Shown: piece by piece, positions 53,184 through 61,722 of the stretch
Numbering within the stretch: position 1 is the first letter of the stretch
How the letters are laid out: every line of letters starts with the position of its first letter
From: a virus
Length of the DNA stretch: 64,000 nucleotides
Direction: 5' to 3' (one strand)
Virus record (IMG/VR): IMGVR_UViG_3300039008_000120
Span: 1-64,000 of that record
Translations under genes and position numbers: made by a program
The notes under the pieces: generated by a model
What the model was told of the DNA's origin: nothing
Seen by the model: only the letters and a program-made list of their open reading frames with translations
The model's database searches: none

Positions 53184-54086
53184 TTACATTACATTAATAT
53201 TATTTTTTAACAAAAATTGATGTAATAATATATCCATTGATAGGCGTTGTTGTTTAGTAAACGTATTATTATTAAATATATCAATTAAATATGTATTATT
53301 TAATATATCTTTTTCCTCAATTTTATCATTAAAATCGGGCATATGTTTAATGATAAAATCTAAATTATATGTATTATGTATGTCATATATTTTATTTAAA
53401 AAAGCAATTACTTTACTTTTTGTTAATAATTGTTTAATATTATCAATATTATCACCATTTAACAACAAATAATAATAATACTGACTTATGCTGTTCATAT
53501 TTAATTTGTTTAAATTAAAAACATTTTTAAAATCATTTAAATAATTGGGATTATTTTTAAAATAAAACTAATAGAATTTTTTATTTTTTTGACGTTTTAA
53601 TAATACATTACTTTTAATTGATGCTAATACTAAATCTTTATCATTAGCTACAGTTAATATATTATCTACATCAACTGAGGTTTTCTCAGAAATATATCTT
53701 AAAATATAACCAATTTTAAAATCAGCCTCACCTGTCAAATAGAATGTCAACCGGTTTTTAAATTGTGAATCGATTTTATGTATTCGATTTATATATACTT
53801 TAAATTTATTATTTTTATTAAAACTATTTAAATTACTAATACTATGATTTTCTTTTGAGGTGACTCGATTACCTTTATATTCTGGAAATAATCGAGTCAT
53901 CCGACGATTTAAACCATTATCAATAACATTAATAAATATTGTATCTTTGTTAATACTTTCAATAAATGATATAAAATCATTTAATTTTTTAACTGGATTT
54001 TTACTAAATAAAAAAACCGAGTTAACATCAATTATAACAATTTTAGACGACTAAAACATTTTTTTATTTAATTTATCAGCTATCAT
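53184..54086 (-). CDS. FEN / 5'-3' exonuclease (T4 RNase H-like) paralogue (300 aa, 2 in-frame TAG)
   Basis: ATG at 54086 with an AAGGA RBS. TAG at 54051 and 53568 join unannotated sequence, track ORF 53568..53900 and track ORF 53184..53498. IIDVNS, PEYKGNR, GEADFKIGY, ANDKDL and NGDNIDNI motifs. Confidence 0.65.
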
Positions 54087-54095
54087 TTTTAATCC

Positions 54096-54308
54096 TTATT
54101 TAACAATGGTTGATATTCTTTTTTGCTTTTTTTTAACACGACGGCTTGACGTAAACTCTTTAAATTTTTTTCGTTCTTCCCTTGACATCATCACATTACA
54201 TTTATAATCCTTAAGAACACTTTCGCTTTCGACTTTTCTTCTAAATCTCAATAAAAGTGATTCAAATGGTTCTTTGGAACCTCTTTTTACACATACATTT
54301 GTACTCAT
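54096..54308 (-). CDS. rpsU: ribosomal protein bS21 homologue
   Basis: 70-aa track ORF with a GGAG RBS. V.VKRGSKEPFESLLLRFRRKVESESVLKDYK...REERKKFKE fits the S21 pattern (compare E. coli [32 protein letters not shown]). Confidence 0.7.
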   Translation of the reverse strand: MSTNVCVKRGSKEPFESLLLRFRRKVESESVLKDYKCNVMMSREERKKFKEFTSSRRVKKKQKRISTIVK

Positions 54309-54322
54309 TATTTGTTATCTCC

Positions 54323-55318
54323 TTACTTTAATAGCCTATATTTACATATTGATGAATATTGACAATATGTACAATTATAACTCAGGTTAGTTTTTTTACA
54401 TTCATCCTTATTAACAAAATTAAATTTATCATTATATTTATTTTTTATCATATCAATATTAATATCATTTTTATCTACTTTATGTAATGGTAATATTATA
54501 TTATTAATATCATCAAACATTTCATCAATAAACTTTGAAAAATCCGCAGAATTCAATAAAACATTTGTATTGTCACCATCACGCAATTTAAAAATAATAC
54601 CTTTTTTTATTGCAGATGATGTTAACACTTCTTTTAAAAACTGAATAATTGATGTTTTATCCGGGTTATCAATTATATTTTTATTTGTATTGAAATTATA
54701 TTGAATAATATTATAACAATAAAAATATAATTGATGTATTGCAAAAATATCAATAGTCTTACCAGTTTTAAAATCGGCAAGATATAAATATTTACAGATT
54801 TCATTCTCCATTTTCCAAAAAATTAAGTCAATTGAACCATATAATAATAATGAATCTTCATTATTTAATTTTACAATATTATTAAATGTAAACTCTGATT
54901 CAATATTGTTGTCTTCAATTTTATAAGCAATATCACTAATATATTGCTTAAATAATTTAAAAGCATGGAAAAATACAACTTCATTATTTTTTATAAACTC
55001 TATCAATTCAGTTGTATTTTTAGTTCTATCCATACTTTTAACCATATATGAACCACTATTGAAATCTTTAGCTAAAAAATTTAATGTAATATGTTCATGT
55101 AAAATATCAAGATTATCTTTGATATTTTTTATTTCATATATTTCCCATCTATTTTTATGATATAGTTCTATAAATAAATGAGTTAAAACCCCTAATACTA
55201 AAGGATATGATTGTGGCATATCGGGTACTGGGGGTTTTAGTATATACGAATAAATGTATTTAAGTATACATTTTTTACTAACACTATATTTTGAAAACGA
55301 TAATAATAAATCCATCAT
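54323..55318 (-). CDS. Cas4/RecB-like PD-(D/E)XK exonuclease with a C-terminal Cys cluster
   Basis: 331-aa track ORF. N-terminal SFSKYS..KKC, GSIDLIF ... LADFKTGK, C-terminal C-x8-C-x2-C-x5-C. Confidence 0.6.
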   Translation of the reverse strand: MMDLLLSFSKYSVSKKCILKYIYSYILKPPVPDMPQSYPLVLGVLTHLFIELYHKNRWEIYEIKNIKDNLDILHEHITLNFLAKDFNSGSYMVKSMDRTKNTTELIEFIKNNEVVFFHAFKLFKQYISDIAYKIEDNNIESEFTFNNIVKLNNEDSLLLYGSIDLIFWKMENEICKYLYLADFKTGKTIDIFAIHQLYFYCYNIIQYNFNTNKNIIDNPDKTSIIQFLKEVLTSSAIKKGIIFKLRDGDNTNVLLNSADFSKFIDEMFDDINNIILPLHKVDKNDINIDMIKNKYNDKFNFVNKDECKKTNLSYNCTYCQYSSICKYRLLK

Positions 55319-55330
55319 ACCAACGTATAT

Positions 55331-55813
55331 TTATATTTTTTTTAAATTAGCCACAAAAACAGAAAAATCCGTATTATTAAATAACCATGAATTTTGTACA
55401 CTTTCATCTAATAATATATTTAAAGGATTAAGTTTATCATTTTCAATTTTAAATTTATAAAATTTAATACACCTTTTCAATAAATAAATTATATTATTCT
55501 TAATTGATTTTGGATAATCAATGTTTTCAGGAATTTGTATAATATCATCAATAATGTTAATATTGTTGATATAAATATTATTTAATTTATTTTTATATGC
55601 GTTTAACAATGCTAATTCAAAGCCGGTTTTTTTATCAAATTTATCGACCTTGTTACACAATGAATAACCAATATACACACGATTATCACTTTTAAATCGA
55701 CATGCTAATACAATACCGATTTTATTGTTGTTTTTTTTATCTTTAACATAATTAAAAATAATGTTGTTAATTTTAAAATCAACTTCAACTGGAATAGTAT
55801 TACCTTTTTTCAT
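55331..55813 (-). CDS. hypothetical protein
   Basis: Track ORF 55331..55864 trimmed to the ATG at 55813 with a GGAGG RBS. Confidence 0.55.
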   Translation of the reverse strand: MKKGNTIPVEVDFKINNIIFNYVKDKKNNNKIGIVLACRFKSDNRVYIGYSLCNKVDKFDKKTGFELALLNAYKNKLNNIYINNINIIDDIIQIPENIDYPKSIKNNIIYLLKRCIKFYKFKIENDKLNPLNILLDESVQNSWLFNNTDFSVFVANLKKI

Positions 55814-55945
55814 GATACCTCCATTTATATTTTTTATATTATCAATAAATATATATTTTTTCAAAAAATGTCAACTAAAATTTTATCAATCATAATTAAC
55901 AAAGAATTTATATGTTGATATAAAAAATTAATAAATTCATTTATA

Positions 55946-56236
55946 TTATAATAAAAATTGTTTTTCATAGTCGCTAATATTTTCATATATATCACCTTCT
56001 AATTTCATTAACATTTTTATATCTAAATAATTAACATTTTCAACATCTTTAAAGGTTCCAATTACCTTATATGAACCTTTTTGTGGTGCTGATAAAACAA
56101 TTGACATATTTAATGTCTTTAATGTTGTTATATTTTTAGGCATTTTAATACCAGATGGTACATTAAATGCTTTTATTATTGGCATACGTTTTTTATTTCC
56201 ATTATTTTGAAAAAAAATTACAACTCTTTTATTCAT
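55946..56236 (-). CDS. hypothetical protein
   Basis: 96-aa track ORF. Confidence 0.5.
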   Translation of the reverse strand: MNKRVVIFFQNNGNKKRMPIIKAFNVPSGIKMPKNITTLKTLNMSIVLSAPQKGSYKVIGTFKDVENVNYLDIKMLMKLEGDIYENISDYEKQFLL

Positions 56237-56483
56237 CTGTTTTTACCTTAATATTAGATGTTACATCTTCTGATAATATAATATCTTTATTATCACTCAC
56301 TTTACATTCACATCCATTATTTAAATAATAATAACTATCACAGTTACTACATTTAAACAGTGTAACAATACTCCCATCTCCTTGTGAAAATATTGTTTTA
56401 CAATTATGACATACAACTACTTCAATATTATTATTTACTTCAATTTCTAACATTTTTTTACAATTGGGACACCTATCATTCAT
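56229..56483 (-). CDS. double zinc-ribbon protein
   Basis: 84-aa track ORF. CPNC..CHNC..CSNC..C.C. Confidence 0.5.
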   Translation of the reverse strand: MNDRCPNCKKMLEIEVNNNIEVVVCHNCKTIFSQGDGSIVTLFKCSNCDSYYYLNNGCECKVSDNKDIILSEDVTSNIKVKTDE

Positions 56484-57106
56484 ACTTTATCATATCCATT
56501 TTTAATATATTCTGATATTCGGTTTATATCTATATCATTTTTAACAATACTAAAATCAAAGTTTTTTGGTGGTTCTATATCTATAGATTTAAATAAATAT
56601 TCTAAACTAACTTTAGGATGTCTACAAATATCACCAATATTTAATACTACAAAATCATAATATTTTCCATTGTTAATTTTAGATAATGAACTAAAAATAT
56701 CAATATATGCTGTTTTAATTCTGTTCGTTGGATTTGATAAAAACGTGTTAACAGGATTGTTTTTAATATGTAAATTTTTTATTGTACTTACAATTTGACT
56801 AGGCCAAAATCTAGTAGTTATTATTGTATATACTTTATCAAAACCTGAAAATATTAATCTATTATACCAATCATCTAATCTAGGTAGATTGCTACCATGT
56901 GGGTAGCTTTGTCTGACTAAAAGCTTATCTATTTTTTCAGCAATAACCCAAGATCTAAATCCATTATCATCATACATAACATTTTGGAACTCTTGTGTAT
57001 GCTTATCGGTACCACGGATTTGTTTATCCGCTGATAATATAAATTTACTAACGGCTCGACAACCAGTACTTTCACCAGTACCATATACTAAGTATGCAGA
57101 TTTCAT
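56480..57106 (-). CDS. putative sulfotransferase-like protein (weak call)
   Basis: 208-aa track ORF, ATGA-coupled to the APS kinase gene. The N-terminal YGTGESTGCRA loop and TRFWPSQIVS segment loosely resemble the 5'-PSB and 3'-PB motifs. Confidence 0.3.
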   Translation of the reverse strand: MKSAYLVYGTGESTGCRAVSKFILSADKQIRGTDKHTQEFQNVMYDDNGFRSWVIAEKIDKLLVRQSYPHGSNLPRLDDWYNRLIFSGFDKVYTIITTRFWPSQIVSTIKNLHIKNNPVNTFLSNPTNRIKTAYIDIFSSLSKINNGKYYDFVVLNIGDICRHPKVSLEYLFKSIDIEPPKNFDFSIVKNDIDINRISEYIKNGYDKV

Positions 57107-57642
57107 ATGATAAACCCTTTTTTATAATCAATAACACGATCTAAGCATAATTTTAAAACTATATATTGTAAACATGAATATATATCATGTAAACCTGTAT
57201 CAACTGTCAAATTTGGGTTAATTGGTTTTTCATATGGATCATTAACACCACTTTGATTAGTTGGATTTTTATATAACCCTTTTGTATCTCTTTGTCTTAA
57301 AATAGAAATATCACAGTGACAATAAATTTCATAAAAAATATTCCCACTTTTTTCAATTAATTTTCGATTATTTAATCTGGTTTCATTATATGGTGCAATA
57401 GATGCAATAATGGTATTAATATTATGTTTATTAAGATAGTTTCCAAGTATACCAAGAGAAGATACGTTGATATCTCGGTCTTTCTTACTAAAGCCAAGGT
57501 TTTTATTATATAGCTGACGATATGTATTACCATCAATTAATTCAATAACTGAATCTTTTTTTAAATAATTATATAACTCTCTTGATAAAGTTGTCTTACC
57601 GGAATCAGTTAAACCGGTAAACTAAATTGTATAGTTTTTCAT
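57103..57642 (-). CDS. cysC: adenylyl-sulfate (APS) kinase (179 aa, 1 in-frame TAG)
   Basis: ATG at 57642 (AAGGGTG RBS) to TGA at 57103-05; absent from the track because of TAG at 57622-24. TI*FTGLTDSGKTT, LIDGNTYRQ..LGFSKKDR, IASIAPY, RDTKGLYK and NDPYEKP follow CysC motif order. Confidence 0.8.
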
Positions 57643-57762
57643 TAAAAAACACCCTTTCTATACTTAATAATATATCATAATTTTAACATTTTATAAATTA
57701 ATATAATATATAAGAATTTATATTATAAATATAACAAAAAATAAAAAAAATAGGTAAAAATA

Positions 57763-58521
57763 ATGGCTATTAGATTTGGATCAGATTCAGGATTCCAGAC
57801 TCGAACCGACTATCGAGTCAGTGAGTCCGAGCTTGATTGTGGAACAGTTGTACATCTATTCATCAGAAATATAGAGAAATCATATTCATTTACCGATGAA
57901 ATTTCTCTTTGTAATATAGGAGTTATTGGTTCATCAAATGATGAAGTTGATTAGTGTTTTGAAAATACTTCAATGAGAATTTCTGAAGAAGCCAGTCCAA
58001 AATATAAACCAACTGATGAAGCTCTTGGTGTTACAGCGGAAGAACTTGCACAACTTGCACAAAAAGGTATTGCATCAACAAAACTTGCATGTGTACCTCT
58101 TAAAATTAAATCAGTTACCGTTGAAGTTTCCGCTAGTTACAGGGAAATGGATCGTGACCCATCGGTTGAAGATATTTTACAATCAACAACATCCGATGGA
58201 CTGGTTACACTTGGTGAATTTTTTACATTACCAGATAATGGAACATACATTTTAACAAGTAAAAGCACAGATTCACCCATGGATAATTTCGGAACTAGAA
58301 GTATTACATATCGTAAAAAAATTGCATATCCAACTACACAGGCAAGGGATGTCTACCTAGGTGGAGTTGAACAATACTTTAGTGGTTCCGGTGGTGGTGA
58401 TTCCTTTAATAAGGACGAATCAACCGTTGAAAGAGAGGCACAGTTGAGACAAGGTGAGGTTCCAAGTCAAACCGTTTCCGTTACACGTTATGGTGTACCA
58501 GATGTAACATCAGCATTGTAA
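57763..58521 (+). CDS. hypothetical protein in a GC-richer, opposite-strand unit (252 aa, 1 in-frame TAG)
   Basis: Track ORFs 57763..57954 and 57973..58521 share a frame and are joined by TAG at 57952-54. Visibly higher GC and different codon choice than the neighbours. Has its own terminator. Confidence 0.55.
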
Positions 58522-58532
58522 TAAAAATAATT

Positions 58533-58558
58533 AAGGGGGACACATTAACGTCCCCCTT
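58533..58558. terminator. strong GC hairpin shared by convergent genes
   Basis: AAGGGGGA pairs with TCCCCCTT around a 10-nt loop. Confidence 0.75.
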
Positions 58559-59258
58559 ATATTTTCGAAAATAAATACTTTTTATTTTTAAAAATAAACA
58601 TCAATAAATAATCTTTTTTAATCATATAATCAGCGTCATCAAAATCATATGTATTATAAAAACAATCCAACAACGTACTATCAAACTCTAATATATTTTG
58701 ATTTAATAATTTAGGTGTTTTAATCTCAAACTTTAATGCAATATCTGATAAAATATTCCATTTAAAAATTTCATTTTTTGTGCATATATTATTTAAATAT
58801 ATATTATTATCTATATCATTATAAATAATTTCAATCGTTGATTCTTTATAAGAATCCATCAGATATTTTAAACGAAGATCTTTTTTAAGTTTATTTGTTA
58901 GTTTTATATTATTCTAACTCCCAAATTCTCTTGCGAAATAATATCGACCTGAACATCCATATTTACTTAAATAATATGTTTCTCCATAAATTTTTGGTTT
59001 AATATAATATTCTGTCCGTATTGGTAATTTATCTATTTCTATTTCATGGTATTGACCCACATATTTTAAATTAGGTCTACTTTTTGTAGTAATATTGTAT
59101 GTCTTAATTGATTGTAAATTTCCATTGGTATTGTATACAAATGATCCTTGTAGTTTTGTATGTGTAATATCACCAAGGGCAGTGGGATAATCAATAATAC
59201 AATTATCCCACTGCCCTCTATTTTTTTTACAAAAATCACTTACATACACATTTTTCAT
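58557..59258 (-). CDS. hypothetical protein (233 aa, 1 in-frame TAG)
   Basis: Track ORFs 58914..59258 and 58557..58859 share a frame and are joined through TAG at 58914-16. Confidence 0.5.
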
Positions 59259-59262
59259 AATA

Positions 59263-59823
59263 TTATTTTGGTGGTATAATATTGGATAAACTTTTAAGCA
59301 ATATTTTTAAATTACTCATAACAAGTTTTATATCATCAATATTTACATCCGTTTTATTATTTATGTTTTTCTTCATATCTAATATTTGATTATATAATAA
59401 TTTAACATGTAAATCAAAATTATTCAAACTGGTTATATCGTCATCACCAAACTTATCAATATTATTAACGATAATTGATCTTACATTTAAATAATCATCA
59501 ACAATATTAGTATAAAGTTCTATATATATATTAATTTTATTTTTAATCATTAATATATCAGTATTGCTAGTTTTAGTGTTTATATCTGCTTTAATTTTTT
59601 CAAACTTTTTTGATACTATTATAATTGTATCTTGTTCGGCTTTTTTAAATTTATGCAAATTAGTGAATATAATTCTATTGACATTTTCATAACTATTAAG
59701 TAAATATGTTGTCGAACCTACAGTTATCGCAGTATCAGAAACTACATCTGTATTTTTAATAATATCACAACCATAACAAATAATACTCATGACCATTAAC
59801 ACATAAAAAATTTTTAATTTCAT
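59263..59823 (-). CDS. membrane-anchored or secreted coiled-coil protein
   Basis: 186-aa track ORF. The N-terminal MKLKIFYVLMVMSIICYGC is signal- or anchor-like. The rest looks helical. Confidence 0.5.
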   Translation of the reverse strand: MKLKIFYVLMVMSIICYGCDIIKNTDVVSDTAITVGSTTYLLNSYENVNRIIFTNLHKFKKAEQDTIIIVSKKFEKIKADINTKTSNTDILMIKNKINIYIELYTNIVDDYLNVRSIIVNNIDKFGDDDITSLNNFDLHVKLLYNQILDMKKNINNKTDVNIDDIKLVMSNLKILLKSLSNIIPPK

Positions 59824-59849
59824 TTTTATTTAACCCTTAGTTTTTTGTA

Positions 59850-60449
59850 TTATTCTTGTAATAATTGAACAGTTTTATTTTCATATTGGGCTTTTTCATT
59901 TATATATTTAATTATTGCCTAATATGATGTCTCATATACATAACTGTGAAACTGAGACTTATTTTTATCATATTTATTTTTTGAAATTTTATCTAAAACG
60001 TCAACAACACAAGCAGTAAATGTATCTTGAAAATGTTGTGGATATAGCGTTTTAAATTTTTTAATAACGGATGACATTACGATTGTACTAAGGTTGATTA
60101 ACCTAGTTTGATAAAATATTACATATTGCTGTAAATTATCAAACAACTCATCTTTGGTACGGTTATCTGATATGTTTAAAAATTTTACTGGTGTATCATC
60201 TATTTCATTTAAAATATCAGAAATGTCATCATAATCTTGAAACTTTTTTAAATTTTCCTGAATCTATATTATAATATCATAATATTTAACAGCACGGGGA
60301 GAAATATGGCGAGGTGGTAAAACCATATGACTCTTTAATTTACCAGTATTTTCTAAATAATCCAAAGTAGACTCAATCAATGCCGGATCGATTTCTTTAT
60401 AATCTGTCCGTGATTGAGTTCTTGAATAATTATTTTCACGTTTCGCCAT
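59850..60449 (-). CDS. possible late-transcription sigma factor (T4 gp55-like; 199 aa, 2 in-frame TAG)
   Basis: ATG at 60449 (AAGGA RBS). TAG at 60264 and 59919 join track ORFs 60264..60449 and 59919..60146. YDKNKSQFHSYVYETSY*AIIKYINEK resembles gp55 [28 protein letters not shown] as I recall it. Confidence 0.3.
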
Positions 60450-60453
60450 TATA

Positions 60454-60888
60454 TTATCCTTGTGATTTTTTTACTGTGATAATTTTGATATACTCGTTTT
60501 TAAACTCAGTTTCAACTTCAACAGATAAATCTTGAATATCTTTTAATAATTCCTCATATTTATCTGATAGTTCAACTGCAATATCAAAAAAATGGCTATC
60601 TGTTATTTGATTACTATCATTAATAATTATTTTAGGACGAATTGTTAAATCTTTAAACTCACTATCATAATCAATTTCAATAACAACATCAACATCTTTC
60701 AAAGAAATAATGTCATTTACAATAATTTTTAACAATTCTATAACAGTATCATAGCTATCATCATCTGCTTTTTGGTTTAACTATTTAGATACTTTTGAAT
60801 TTACAACAATACTTTTATATAACTTTGTAAATTCAATAGTATCACTATCATTTCTTGACAAAGTAATGTAACTAATGTCTTCGGTCAT
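60454..60888 (-). CDS. hypothetical acidic protein (144 aa, 1 in-frame TAG)
   Basis: ATG at 60888 with a GGGGAGG RBS. TAG at 60781-83. Absorbs track ORF 60454..60735. Confidence 0.55.
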
Positions 60889-60938
60889 TTAAAATCCTCC
60901 CCTGTTAATATTATTATTATAATATATCATAATTTATA

Positions 60939-61709
60939 TTAAAACGAATCAACTATTTCATCGATTAGTTTTAGTTCTAATGCATCTTTAGCCATAATAT
61001 ATGATTCACCTTTCATAAAGGTGTCAATTGCTTCTTTTTTTGCACCAGTATTGTCTTTTAAAATTTGACTTAGGGTTTCTTGTAGTTGTGTCTAAAATTT
61101 AGCATAGTCCATGAGTTGGCTATATTTACCATGGGCACCGGCAGAAATAGAATGGATCATTAAAACTGAATTTTTTGTTGCTTTTTTGACTGCACCAGCG
61201 GAGCTTATTATAATTCCCATACTAGCGGCGATTCCAGAAACAATAGTAGTTACAGGATATTTATTCGACTTAATAGCATCATGAAAACGGAGACCTTCAA
61301 TAACACTACCACCGTTACTATTTATGATCACAGTTGGTGTTAGTGTCCCTTTTAATGATGGATAATCGTGTTCCATCGCATTGATGTTTTTGTTTATTCT
61401 TTTTAATTGATCAAGTGCCCGATTAATTGTATATTTTTCTACATAACCATCAAAAAATAATGTTGTGGCATTCAGCATTCGAACATCACCATAATCCATC
61501 TAATAATAATTTTCAGGTTGATCATCATCGGTATTTATGCTTTCACTACGGTCACTAAAATCAACATCATCTGGTGTTAATTTTGTGGATTCATTAAGTA
61601 ATTGATCAGTTGGAAAAAAAGGACTTTTATTTAATAAACCTTCTTCAACACTGGGCATTTTATTAACTTTTGTTTTATTATCAACAGCATTTTTATTTTT
61701 TTTTGACAT
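60939..61709 (-). CDS. ClpP-family (S14) serine protease (256 aa, 2 in-frame TAG)
   Basis: ATG at 61709 (AAGGT RBS). TAG at 61500 and 61092 join track ORFs 61500..61766 and 61092..61499 plus a 51-codon tail. INSNGGSV, GIAASMG (Ser) and LMIHSIS (His) motifs. Confidence 0.65.
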
Positions 61710-61722
61710 TGTATTTGTACCT

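Noticed and set aside
2412-58255. Track ORFs lying antisense to, or out of frame within, stronger genes.
- 2412..2675
- 2927..3169
- 8248..8451
- 11503..11838
- 12398..12712
- 12483..12704
- 14583..14831
- 19081..19395
- 19442..19753
- 22489..22707
- 23208..23675
- 24546..24815
- 25491..25787
- 27520..27870
- 31539..31808
- 32079..32288
- 33458..33946
- 34232..34495
- 34648..34911
- 35582..35821
- 40809..41015
- 41403..41618
- 43325..43603
- 46496..46690
- 46690..46968
- 48794..49123
- 49230..49670
- 49397..49675
- 50996..51208
- 52193..52597
- 53860..54054
- 55254..55460
- 58016..58255
   Set aside because: Each overlaps a longer ORF with recognisable motifs or operon context. Their translations are low-complexity, Leu/Ile/Phe/Ser-rich products, typical of shadow ORFs in AT-rich DNA.
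59263-59823. Considered a spanin (Rz-like or unimolecular), because of the N-terminal hydrophobic/Cys segment and the helical body.
   Set aside because: No adjacent holin or endolysin was recognised, the lipobox is imperfect (ICYGC), and there is no C-terminal TM segment. Only a generic membrane-anchored call is supported.
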